In this document: one piece after another, positions 46,001 to 57,436 of the stretch | Position numbering within the stretch: the first letter of the stretch is position 1 | How the letters are laid out: each line of letters opens with the position of its first letter | Assembly (NCBI GenBank): GCA_002269645.1 | Contig: NIVC01000004.1 | Coordinates: 1 to 64,000 of the forward strand | From: Macrostomum lignano | Taxonomy: Eukaryota | DNA length: 64,000 nt | Reading direction: 5' to 3' | Made by a program: the position numbers and the translations under genes | The notes under the pieces: model-generated | The model's database searches: none | Told to the model about the DNA's origin: nothing | The model's input: only the letters and a program-made list of their open reading frames with translations

Positions 46001-49000
46001 TAGGGATGGGGTAGCTGAGGAGTTGGTATTGGTAGCTAGATGTGGGTTAGCTGAGGAGTTGGTAGGTAGAGGTGGGGTAACTGAGTAGTTGGTAGGTAGA
46101 GATAGAGTAGCTGAGGAGTTGGTAGGTAGAGGTAGGGTAGCTGAGGAGTTGGTATTGGTAGTTAGAGGTGGGTAGCTATCGAGCTGCAGGTGAGATAGCT
46201 AATGAACTGCAGCTTAAGATAGCTAATGAACTGGAGGTGAGGTAGCTAATGAACTGCAGGTGAGGTAGCTAATGAACTGCAGGTGAGGTAGCTAATGAAC
46301 TGCAGGTGAGGTAGCTAATGAACTGCAGGTGAGGTAGCTAATGAACTGCAGGTGAGGTAGCTAATGAACTGCAGGTGAGGTAGCTAATGAACTGCAGGTG
46401 AGGTAGCTAATGAACTGCAGGTGAGGTAGCTAATGAACCAAAGTCAATGACTCGAACCCCCCGCCGGCAGGACTTTGTGTTCTTCGCATCCCGCCTGCGC
46501 ATCAACAAGCGCATCCTGGCGCTGTGCATGGGCAACCACGAGCTGTACATGCGCCGGCGGAAGCCCGACACCATCGAGGTGCAGCAGATGAAAGCCCAGG
46601 CCAAGGAGGACCGGGCCAACAAGCAGTTTGAAAAGTGAGCACTGGAAATGATTGAACAAAATGATAGCAACGCCCCTCTGCACTCCCCTCTCTCTGTCTC
46701 TCCTCATTCCTGACCTGGTGGGCGGTTAAGCAGTTGACGCACGCCAGGCGGTTCTCTTGTCTCGCCCAGTCAGTCAGTCAGGTCTGCCGTGACTTTTCAC
46801 CTTTTTATTGCTTGCCCCCCCCCTGCTTTTTGGTCCGGCTTCGTGTCGTAGAATTTTTTTCTGCGTTCTTTCTTCTTTTCTTTCTGTTTTCCTTCTTAAT
46901 TTCTGCCTTCTCTTGCGGGGCCTCGCCCTGGCAGGAGTTTGTCTCGCTTATCTGCCCCCCCCCCTGCTCGGCGCTGGGGCTTGCTGCGCACGGGCGGAGA
47001 GCTTTGATCGCCCGCCTGGGTTAGGCCTGCTGGCCTCAGTGCCTCTGCTTTCCCTGCTGCTACTGGCAATCTGCTCTCTCTGAATGAGCCGGCCCACCAG
47101 TACTGCCGGCCCGCATTTCGGACGTTTGCAAATTCGTAATGATTTCTCTCTGCCTTATTGTGCACCTGGCTCAGGTCCGTTGTTCGGTCACAGGCGGCAG
47201 ATACGGGACTCGGAGTGCCTGAGTGCAGGCTGGGGCCAAACAGTTGATAGGCAGGTTCGGCTGGGCTCAGATAAGCCGGCAGCTGCTCAACACGCCCCTC
47301 CACCCAGCGCAGATTCTGTTCGCCATTTTTTGCCAATCGCTGTTTCCATGCAACTAACTAAGGCGTTGCTCCTGCGCTGGCTGGCGGCGGCCTCGCAGGC
47401 GGCTGCGTGCCAATTGTACAAGCCAAGCCAGTAAAGTCGAACATTTTACAGCACTGTTTTTACAGTTTCTGTGCTGTTTTTTTACAGCCGGGAAACTGCG
47501 CAGTTCCGCAGCCACCGCCCCACATCTTATTTGTTTAGTCACAGAGGCTTTCTAGCCACTTTTTTGCCCCATTTGCTCGAGTTTTTGGAGGGTCAGGCCG
47601 CTAATTAAACATTTAAACAATCAAAGGCTATTGGAATTTGTGCAGGCTTTCTATTTTCAAGGCTAAAACTGCAAAAGCGATTCTCTTATTGTCTTGTTAG
47701 TCTTGAAGTTTGCCGACTCAAAGCCACCTGCAAAACTTGTTTTTTAGCGTGGAATTTTTCGAAAGTTTTCAGCCTACAATGGCTTGCTATTTCAACAATT
47801 CAACTAATTTTCGATATTAATATTCTCGATCGCCTACTGATATCGTGCAAACAGTAGCGCTGTTTGGATGTGATAACTATTGATTTTCGCGCATATTTAA
47901 AATAATTAAATAAGGGTCCGTCTCGAACGCGAGCGGGCGGCCCGCGAGGAGGCGGAAAGCCGTCGGCACGAGCTGGAGGACCGGCTGCGCGAGCTGGAGA
48001 AGGAGCAGGAGAGCTACGCCAGGGAGAGGGACGAGCAGACCCGCCGGCTGGCCGAGATGTCCCGCCAGATGGAGGAGATTCAGCGCCAACGCGACGAGAT
48101 CGAGGCGGCCAGGGAGCGCGCGGAGGAGATCCGGCAGCAGCTGGAGTCGCAGGTGCAGATGAGCGCGGAGGAGCGCGCCCGGCTAGTAGAGGAGAACGAG
48201 AAGGTCCAGGCCATGGTGGCAGCCAAGGAGGAGGAGGCCCAGCAGGCCACGGAGGAGCTGACCACCATGCGCTCGGAGCTGGAGACGGTGCGCAAGGACC
48301 TTGAGGACACCACGGGCCGCATGCAGGAGCTGTCCACACAGGCCGCCGCCGCCAACTCTGCCGCCGCTGCCGCCGCTTCAGCCGCCTCTGCCAGCGCCTC
48401 GGCACCTGCCGCCTCCGCCAGCGCCGTCCACGCGGCCCACCTGGACGAGATCGACGACGATGTGGCCGGTGAGCTGCTGGGCTGCTGATTAATGCTTTTG
48501 CATTGGCTTCAGCTACTCATGTTCAACAGTTTTTAATAGGCATTTTCTATTGTACTACTGTTAGTAGCTAATATGATAATCTGTTTGCTTTACTAAATTT
48601 ATTTTTATAGCCAAGTCTATTCCGGTTGTTGCTAAGCCGCTGGCCGATCGCTGCTCAGCCTGATGCGCATTTTTATGGTATTCATTGCCGAGCTGTCGGC
48701 TGCCCATCATAATTTGCTTTTTTGCTTCTTCTTAGCTGCAGGAGCGGAGGCTGGAATCCGGTTTCCTTACTATCTATGCAGACTGTTTGAACCGCACCCT
48801 GTGCACAGGAAACCCAAATGCACCCTAATTCCCTGTGCTACTCATAGTAGTTTCTCAAGCCAATATTTTATAATCCTGTTGCTTGCGGAATGCGTCATGG
48901 TGGACCCACGGTGCACATGAACTCTTGCTGTCTTCAGGCTCTCGTTCCAGGCTGTCTTCTGCTGCTGCTGCTGCTCGGGTTGGCGTGTCCAGGCTCAGTA

Positions 49001-50458
49001 ACTTTTGCATTGCTGCATACCTTGCTCACTCCGCAGCTCACCTGTGTGAGTGTGTCAGCTTGACTCACCTGTGTCAGTGTGTCAGCTGTGCCACTTGCCT
49101 CACCTGTGTCAGTGTGTCAGCTGTGCCACTTGCCTCACCTGTGTCTGTGTCAGCTGTGCCACTTGCCTCACCTGTGTCTGTGTCAGCTGTGCCACTTGCC
49201 TCACCTGTGTCTGTGTGTCAGCTGTTCCACTTGCCTCACCTGTGTCTGTGTCAGCTGTTCCACTTGCCTCACCTGTGTCAGTGTGTCAGCTGTGCCACTT
49301 GCCTCACCTGTGTCTGTGTCAGCTGTGCCACTTGCCTCACCTGTGTCAGTGTGTCAGCTGTGCCACTTACCTCCTGTGTCAGTGTGTCAGCTGTGCCACT
49401 TGCCTCACCTGTGTCAGTGTGTCAGCTCCTTCATTGGTGCAGTAGTGTATTTTTGTCAACTTAGGCAATTATCTAAAAAACATTTTAAAACAATTTTTGC
49501 AATTATTGTCTTTTTGGGTTTTTAGTTCCAAACTTTTTCCTTTTAAGCCTCACACCATACCTGATGAGACTATTTGCTGCACTTGGTGCTTCTGTTCTGT
49601 TTGTTCACCAATGCTTTTAAGTTTAGTCCTCTTGCACTTTACAGAACTGCCAACCTGGCCGTGCTGCCATCCCGCTGAGATGCCACCCCCTCCCTGCCAC
49701 CCCGCTGAGATGCCACCCCCTCCCTGCCATCCCGCTGAGATGCCACCCCGCTGAGATGCCACCCCGCTGAGATGCCACCCCCTCCCTGCCACCCCGCTGA
49801 GATGCCACCCCCTCCCTGCCATCCCGCTGAGATGCCACCCCGCTGAGATGCCACCCCGCTGAGATGCCACCCCGCTGAGATGCCACCCCGCTGAGATGCC
49901 ACCCCGCTGAGATGCCACCCCGCTGAGATGCCACCCCGCTGAGATGCCACCCCGCTGAGATGCCACCCCGCTGAGATGCCACCCCGCTGAGATGCCACCC
50001 CGCTGAGATGCCACCCCGCTGAGATGCCACCCCGCTGAGATGCCACCCCTTGTACTCGCGAGAATCAAAGCTCCCGAAACCCGCCCGCCGCCCCGCCTCA
50101 GACGAGAAGAATTACAGCTTCGACAGTCTCCGCAATGGCGAGCCGACGGTGGACCGGGAGGACATCCGCGGCGAGTACACCCAGGAGCAGAGCGTCAAGG
50201 CCAAGCTGGAAGAGATGCGCGATGAGCTGAACAACGCCAGGTAGGCTGTGGGGATTTGCAGTAGTGAGGAGGGTCCTGAGCATTCCTGACTTTCTCTTGC
50301 CCCTGTCTGCCGCTATTTGCAGGCGCGAGGAGAAAGTGCAGCCAATCGACAAGCTGCACGAGACCAACGTGCGCGAGGGCCGGTCCAAGTTCAAGACGCT
50401 GCAGAAAATCCGGCTGGGCAACACGAAGAAGCGCATTGACGAGTTCGAGTCCATGTGA
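43075..50458 (+). CDS. Moe: Ezrin/radixin/moesin (ERM) protein, about 597 aa, 8 coding exons, intact
   Basis: Exons 43075-43086, 43197-43280, 43412-43708, 45373-45780, 46471-46634, 47915-48468, 50102-50240, 50323-50458, all GT-AG with matching phases. [22 protein letters not shown] motifs ([66 protein letters not shown]), coiled coil, and C-terminal [23 protein letters not shown] with the regulatory Thr. Confidence 0.97.
43720..45318. repeat. About 21-bp minisatellite (CATCTTGGAGTAGAGTGGGGGC-type) with higher-order duplications, ERM intron 3
   Basis: Fills almost the whole intron. It produces the spurious minus-strand ORFs 43870-45355. Confidence 0.97.
45815..46170. repeat. 30-bp minisatellite, ERM intron 4
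   Basis: Unit GGTAGCTGAGGAGTTGGTAGTTAGGGATGG and variants. Confidence 0.93.
46190..46437 (+). repeat. 23-bp minisatellite GTGAGGTAGCTAATGAACTGCAG, ERM intron 4
   Basis: 8 perfect units at 46237-46420, 2 diverged units before and one partial unit after. Confidence 0.97.
49040..49428. repeat. 33/35-bp minisatellite, ERM intron 6
   Basis: Unit TGTCAGCTGTGCCACTTGCCTCACCTGTGTC(AG)TG. Confidence 0.93.
49655..50048. repeat. 16-bp minisatellite (GATGCCACCCCGCTGA)n, ERM intron 6
   Basis: About 20 units, plus 32-bp variants at the left end. Confidence 0.95.
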
Positions 50459-51384
50459 TTCGAGTTGGCAATATCAAACTATCTTCATGCTGTGCGTTTT
50501 CTCCGTTCAAGAGGAAGTATAAATAAAATTAAGTTTGCTCTGTTTTTTATTACTTATCGCTACTAACTCGTTCCTTTTGAAGCTGTGCGCTGGCTGGTTT
50601 CCGTATTACTGAGTACATTCCATCAGAAATTCCTCTCTCATAAGATCTGTTCAGACCAGTGTAAACCAGTTTTTTACCTGACATTTTTATGCAACATTAA
50701 AAACTTTACTAAATTAGTTTTTCAGCGTAGAGTAGAAGCCAGCTTGTTGTCTGATTGATTTTTGGCGACAATCAGCCAATTTATCCCTGATTGCACCTGC
50801 GAGCTGCTTTGCTGATTTTCTTTTATTCTTCTCTGCCACTTTTTACCGGGTTTCCATCGGAGGGCGAACGAAAAGCGCTCTGCTCTACTCACCGATTCTA
50901 CTGAGTAGTCTGTTTAGCATATACTTTCTAATTGTGTGCGTATTTTCACCAAGTAATTATCGATCTGCAACGAGTCCGCACGATTTGCTCACCCAGATTT
51001 TCCAGAGTACTCGTAGCTTTCATTGGCGCTGCCTCGATTTTATTGAGCATTAAATTTTTTTTTCACTTCATTCCTTCACTTCGCCTCAAATCAAAAAGTG
51101 CAACTTCGAAACATTTTTATTATTATTTCTGCTTATTCAAGTTTCTACACATTAATGCTTTCGCCAGCAAAATTCTGTGCAAAACTAAACAAATATATCT
51201 AAGCGGAAGTCTTGATTGCTGCGGTTTGTTTACTCCTCCGGCTCCGTGTGGATGGCTGCTTCCTTGACCACTGGCTAAAATACGATGCGGGAGCATGAGA
51301 TAAACATTTCCGGTGTGCCTTTGCTGTCTTAGCTGTTAATTTAACTCAGTGTCCGCAGTGTCTACCTGCTAGGTCTACACTCGG

Positions 51385-51625
51385 AGCAATTTGTGTCCCT
51401 GAGCAAGGCACTTAACTCTGCATTGCTTCAGTTCACCCAGCTGTAAAGTGGGTGCCAGCATTAGCTGGGGTAATTGAGGGTGTGTGGCGACCCCCCCCCC
51501 CCAGTCCTTGGACTCAACAGCCGGATCTGCCTTCAGACGCGCCGTGCAGTAGCTGCGGCTGAGCTGTCGGTTGCACATCTGGCCATTAGGGCAGGTGTAA
51601 TCAATTCTTATTAATATTATTATGT
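51385..51625 (+). mobile_element. 5'-truncated SINE copy
   Basis: Highly similar to 51990-52215 (TGTCCCTGAGCAAG.CACTTAA...CACCCAGCTGTAAA.TGGGTGCC...GCTGAGCTGTCGGTTGCACATCTG) with an (ATT)n-like tail. Confidence 0.85.
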
Positions 51626-51639
51626 AGTATCTAAATGCA

Positions 51640-51900
51640 CATTTATCCCCAGTATCTACCTACAGTGTCTATCTGCAGTATCTAGCTGCAGTGTCTATCT
51701 TCAGTATCGATCTACTTACAGTGTCTATCTGCAGTATCTACGTACAGTGTCTATCTGCAGTATCTACCTGTAGTGTCTATCTGCAGTATCTATCTGCAGT
51801 GTCTATCTTCAGTATCGATCTACTTACAGTGTCTATCTGCAGTATCTACTTACAGTGTCTATCTGCAGTATCTACCTGTAGTATCTATCTGCAGTATCTA
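51640..51900. repeat. Degenerate CAGTATCTA/CAGTGTCTATCTG minisatellite between the two SINEs
   Basis: Repeated 13-14-bp subunits with a higher-order period. Confidence 0.85.
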
Positions 51901-51911
51901 CGAGTATTATA

Positions 51912-52217
51912 GGGGGTTGCAGCCTAGTGGTTAGAGCCTTCGGACTCACGACTTGAAGGTGAAAGGTTCGATTCCCGATCCCACTGGAACACTTTTTGTC
52001 CCTGAGCAAGACACTTAAATCTACATTGCTTTAGTTCACCCAGCTGTAAAATGGGTGCCCGCATTAGCTGGGGTAATTGAGGGTTGTGGCGACCCCCCCC
52101 CAGTCCTCGAACTAAACAGCCGTACGCAACCTTCAGATGCGCCGCGCAATAGCTGCGGCTGAGCTGTCGGTTGCACATCTGCCCACTAGGGTAGGTGTAG
52201 TCAATTATTAATTATTT
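51912..52217 (+). mobile_element. Full-length tRNA-derived SINE with a CORE-like central domain
   Basis: tRNA-like head with box A (AGCCTAGTGGTTAGAG) and box B (GGTTCGATTCC); central TGTCCCTGAGCAAGACACTTAA...CTGTAAAATGGG resembling the CORE/MIR domain; AT-rich tail; second copy nearby. Confidence 0.85.
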
Positions 52218-52733
52218 CGACTATTAAAATTAAAAGCAGCTCATCCGGACAGCAGATATTGATAATTTGCACTGAGCTCAGGTCTAGTAATTTGCCTGTT
52301 TATTATCGTCTGACATCGCATTGGATAAAATAGAAAACGGTTGATTAATTATCTACTGTAATACGAGCTGAGTGCTGTGGAGCAGAGCATGCAGTTTATT
52401 AACTCGAGAATCGTACTCAATACACACACACGGCATAAACCAGGTGTGCAGGGAGCAAAAAGGCAGTTAAGCCAATGTACATGCACTTGCTGCGGCCTGC
52501 ACTTGTCTAAGTGAAACTGATTGCTATTAAACATGATTTTTGAAGGCCGGTTAATATTACTAGAAAGGGACTTTTGAGCGGAATAATTTCTACCAGCAAC
52601 TCATTATTTAACCTTTACAATTTTCATAAACCGGCCTTCTAAACTTTTATTAGCTACTGGTTTCTGTGCGTCCGATTTCAAAATTCTCGCTGCAGGCCAA
52701 TTAAAAAGCGTTAGGCAGCAAGTCGGAGGGTAA

Positions 52734-54699
52734 CTAGAACTCAATGGGGTCACTTGGCCCTCGGTACGGCGACCTTCTTTGTCTCCTGCACCTGCGGCTG
52801 CCAGTCGGTCGCAGCTCCTCTAGGCGGCTCTGCAAATCGTCTATGCGAACATCCTTGAGGTGCAGCAGGTGCTCCAGGCGCCGGATCTTGGCCTGCAGGA
52901 TCTCAACGGTCTCGTCCTTGGCGAGGCACTCCTGCACCTTCTCCTCGTAGGCGAGTCTGGTGACGTAGTCGGACTGGCCGATGTTCTGCAGGCTCTCCGA
53001 CTTGCGCGGCGGCTGCTGCGTTGGCGGCCATAGCCGGCGGCTTTCGGCGATCGGCTGGGCGACATCTTGCTGACGCCGGCGCCGCCGTGCCGCAGGCTGG
53101 CCTGATCCGCCTCCGGTGCGTCTGAAGCGTGGGCCGCCTGCCGTAGTGAATGTGATTTTGTTTGCTTCCGTGGAGAAACTGCTCAGGGTTTGAGACTGCT
53201 CAGGGTTTGAGACTTCTCAGGGTGTGAGACTGCTCAGGGTTGAGACTGCTCAGGGTTTGAGACTGCTCACTGAGACTGCTCAGGGTTTGAGACTGCTCAG
53301 GGTTGAGACTGCTCAGGGTTGAGACTGCTCACTTTGAGACTGCTCAGGGTTTGAGACTGCTCAGGGTTTGAGACTGCTCAGGGTTTGAGACTTCTCAGGG
53401 TTTGAGACTGCTCAGGGTTTGAGACTGCTCAGGGTTTGAGACTGCTCAGGGTTTGAGACTTCTCAGGGTTTGAGACTGCTCAGGGTTTGAGACTGCTCAC
53501 TGCATGTGCCAGGGTTTGAGACTGCTCAGGGTTTGAGACTGCTCAGGGTTTGAGACTGCTCAGGGTTTGAGACTGCTCAGGGTTTGAGACTGCTCAGGGT
53601 TTGAGACTGCTCAGGGTTTGAGACTGCTTACTGCATGTGCCAGGGTTTGAGACTGCTCAGGGTTTGAGACTGCTCAGGGTTTGAGACTGCTCAGGGTTTG
53701 AGACTGCTCAGGGTTTGAGACTGCTCAGGGTTTGAGACTGCTCAGGGTTTGAGACTGCTCAGGGTTTGAGACTGCTCAGGGTTTGAGACTGCTCAGGGTT
53801 TGAGACTGCTCAGGGTTTGAGACTGCTCAGGGTTTGAGACTGCTCAGGGTTTGAGACTGCTCAGGGTTTGAGACTGCTCAGGGTTTGAGACTGCTCAGGG
53901 TTTGAGACTGCTCAGGGTTTGAGACTGCTCAGGGTTTGAGACTGCTCAGGGTTTGAGACTGCTCAGGGTTTGAGACTGCTCAGGGTTTGAGACTGCTCAG
54001 GGTTTGAGACTGCTCAGGGTTTGAGACTGCTCAGGGTTTGAGACTGCTCAGGGTTTGAGACTGCTCAGGGTTTGAGACTAGAGACTGCTCAGGGTTTGAG
54101 ACTGCTCAGGGTTTGAGACTGCTCAGGGTTTGAGACTGCTCAGGGTTTGAGACTGCTCAGGGTTTGAGACTGCTCAAGACTGCTCAGGGTTTGAGACTGC
54201 TCAGGGTTTGAGACTCTCACTGCTCAGGGTTTGAGACTGCACTGTGACTGCTCAGGGTCTGCTCAGGGTCTGCTCACTGCTCAGGGTCTGCTCAGCTGCT
54301 CAGCTGCTCAGCTGCTCAGCTGCTCAGGGTTTGAAGCTGCTCAGAACTCGAGTGATGTCGCTACAAACTCTATTCACTTTCTCCTCATAAAGTGACCGTC
54401 CATCTTGGTCCGCATCGATGGATTGATGATGGAGTCGATCACATCGTTTGAAAGCTCGAAGTTGAGCTTCTTGAATGTCTTCCAATTAAGAAGCATCCAG
54501 TTCTTCTTCTTCTGCTCGGTGTTGTTGCACGGGTTGAAGTTGTGCAGGTCCACCAGCCGGGGAAATAGTGCTTCACCACCTCTGCCATCAGAACGCCGTC
54601 GCTGAAGTCGCGGGCGATGTTCTTCTTGGGCCGGGACAGCGGGATCTGGTCGATCCAGGCGTACAGGTCCTGCAGGACCTCGTCGTCAATCTCCGCCAT
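52734..54699 (-). CDS. SPEF1: Sperm flagellar protein 1 (SPEF1/CLAMP), 2 exons, frameshifted in this sequence
   Basis: Exon 1 54699-about 54378: CH domain DLYAWIDQIPLSRPKKNIARDFSDGVLMAEVVKHYFP[frameshift 54559-54562]LVDLHNFNPCNNTEQKKKNWMLLN. Exon 2 53137-52734: coiled coil EEKVQECLAKDETVEILQAKIRRLEHLLHLKDVRIDDL. The junction phase is ambiguous. Confidence 0.9.
53180..54345. repeat. 17-bp minisatellite (GGGTTTGAGACTGCTCA)n filling the SPEF1 intron
   Basis: Roughly 65 units, decaying at the right end. Confidence 0.97.
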
Positions 54700-57160
54700 G
54701 CCGGAGCTGTCGGCTGCGGGACGGCAGAAAAATTTCGTCATTTTTTGGGAAACTCATTTTTCTAGGAATTTAATTCTCTAAAGTGCATTAAGCTCTTAAT
54801 CGAATCGAATGTTCACAATTAAACCCAAGCGTTAGGCTAAAAAATCAAAGCATTAACTAGAAAGTCCGGAATGCAGTTCCATTCACTCACATTCATTATG
54901 TAGCTGCCTATTGCTTGGCTATGCAGGAGCTATATTTCGCACATTTGAGACCTCCTCCGTAGCCAAAAAAATTATTACCCCTGGACCGAGCAGGACACGT
55001 GAACTATTTATTTCCTATTGAAATCCTATATAATTATTACAGTTTTACAGGCTTTGAAAATAATATAATTTTTTATATAAAAATACAACTCAGATCGCAC
55101 TGTCCCAGTCTGCTGGTCTATAGGATTCAAATACGGCGGGAAACATATGTTGTGTAGACATTTTTTGTGAAATGGCCTAGAAGCGAATCAATACTGGTAT
55201 AGGCAGAGACAAATATAAAAAGTATTTTAATTAACTATTTCGAGAATAGTTTTAGACTTCAGTGAGCGTGCATACATGAAAAAACATGACAAATATTTGC
55301 CTAAAAATCTACCATATTAAAATAAGTTACTGTACTAAAGAGACAGTCATCAATTTTAATTTTTTTAAATGCAAACAAGCAATACGTTTTACTTGTTTTA
55401 GTCCATTGCACTTTAATTTTGCAGTTACTAGAACACATTCAATTATGATAAGAAGTTTTAAGTTTTAGGTTTTAGGCACAAAAACAACATCAGACATAGA
55501 CTTATGAGCATAAAAAGTAAAAGAATCAATGACAAAGAAATATTTCTAGAAAAATGGATCACGGTGACAGAGTTACCGAGACCAATTCCATATAGTAGCA
55601 GCAGTATTAACTAAAATTTCTCTCGGCCAGTAACAAAATTAATTTCAAGCATGTAACTCAAGAGTGACTATAGACACAATAAGGTTACAATAGGAAATGG
55701 TTAATTTGTATAAAAACTATGAAAAGAAAATAAACATATATAAGTTACCATAGTGAGCTCTAAAATATGCTAAAATGCGTCTTTAAAAGTTACTATTTTG
55801 TTTTTCTAAGTACACATATCTAAAATGGCGAAAATTTAGTTTGTGACTTTTAAGGAAATAAGTTCACAGACGACGCAGAACTTGCGAATTTATAAACCAC
55901 GACGTCATGGAGGCTTTTCATATTACCAATTTCAGAATCATAATCGGTTCGGATCTTCCAAGAAAAACAGCAGTATAACTATTTAATTCTGTTGAATGTT
56001 TGACTGCCTTAACAACCTCACTTAGCACAATTTTTTTACTTTCTTCTTGGCGATTGTCATTCAATAATAAAAACTTTATAGCACGTATCTCCCTCTAGTT
56101 ATGGAGACAAAAAGTTATACTTCACAAATTGGTTCTGGTTCTGGAACCAGAACAAGCAATATGAAAAGGCCCATGGACGTATTTACTATTTACTATTTAA
56201 TATTTTAGACTAAGATTTTGTAAACGCGTGTTCATAAATTTAGGTACCGTTTTTATTTTTATAGCTTACTCTGTTCACTAAACGCTATCCTCTATATTCT
56301 TTTCTCTAGCAAATCATGGAGATGAAGTAAAACGAAAGGTTAATTAAACATAGACTTTTATAACAATATAAGCTTAATATAAATTTATTCTGCTATTAAC
56401 GCCAAGACAAGTGTTTTGCTAATTAAAAATATATTTTTAATGTTAATCAACTTATCATGTCATTTTCTGAATTAAATTTCTACTTGCATTATTAATTTGC
56501 ATAAAAGCAAATAATGCAAAATTGTGCCAATGCCAATGTAATTCGCAAATACTAAATGTTTCATTTTCTCAAATTTATATACTTAACACTCATGGTCAAT
56601 CTCAAGCTTTTGGCTTCTATAGTGCTAACTTTTCTAGCATTTCCAACAATGGAAACTACTTATTAGGCTTCGTTTAATTTGGTAGAATAGGAATTAGGTG
56701 TGCCAGATTTTTTAATTATTTTAAAACTTGGTTTTCTTGTTTATTAGAATTGTTTATATATATACCTATTAAAAGTCAATTGCAATTCCAGTCTAGTATA
56801 ATTTGACTAACAAGTAATACACACAGTTTAAAAAGTGAATTTCAAATACCAAATAGTGACAAAGTCATTTCTACTATCTCTTATATGCTATAATAGTTAC
56901 AGTATGATCTAAAGTACTTTTGTTTGAGAAGTTATCATCTTATACTTGTATAAAAACATTGTATAGATATCTTTGATAATATAGCTAGCATATAAATTCA
57001 ATCTTTGACATAAACCCATTTTTACTGATAAACAAGATTTAATTCATATTTTCAAGAAAAAGTAGCTTATATCTCTTATTTTAATTTTACTAGGACAATT
57101 GAGAATAAAACCTAGCCCAATCCTAACTCTCTACACATAACCCAACTCTCTCTGCTATTC

Positions 57161-57412
57161 ATGTTGCCCCTATCAGAATCCGTGGCCTCCCTGCAGGCCA
57201 ACACCACCGCAGCTCTGGTCGCGGCCGCCCTGGTGGTTCTGTGCGCCATCTGCTCTGCCGGCTTCATGTGCTTCTGCCGGAAGCGCCTGCCGAGGAAGGG
57301 CAGCTACGAAACCAAGGAGGCCGAAGGCGCCGCAGTCACCGACAACGCCGATGAGGCCATCAGGCGGGGCCAGACTGGGCAGCCTGCGCTCAAGGAGGAG
57401 TTCTACATGTGA
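57161..57412 (+). CDS. TM + band-4.1-binding (4.1m) motif + PDZ-ligand tail, neurexin-IV/Caspr/glycophorin-C-like (83-aa ORF or terminal exon from 57177)
   Basis: GC-rich island in AT-rich DNA. ANTTAALVAAALVVLCAICSAGFMCFC (TM), RKGSYETKEAEGA..DNADEAI (4.1m-like), C-terminal EEFYM. Possible acceptor CCTATCAG| at 57176. Confidence 0.8.
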   Translation: MLPLSESVASLQANTTAALVAAALVVLCAICSAGFMCFCRKRLPRKGSYETKEAEGAAVTDNADEAIRRGQTGQPALKEEFYM

Positions 57413-57436
57413 TTCGCTGTGACTCATTTCGTCTAT

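Noticed and set aside
48700-49660. Candidate alternative micro-exons in ERM intron 6
   Set aside because: The AG...GT pairs I tried did not keep the phase-1 frame or had weak donors.
51912-51985. tRNA gene
   Set aside because: Boxes A and B are present, but the acceptor stem does not close convincingly and the sequence continues into a repeated SINE body.
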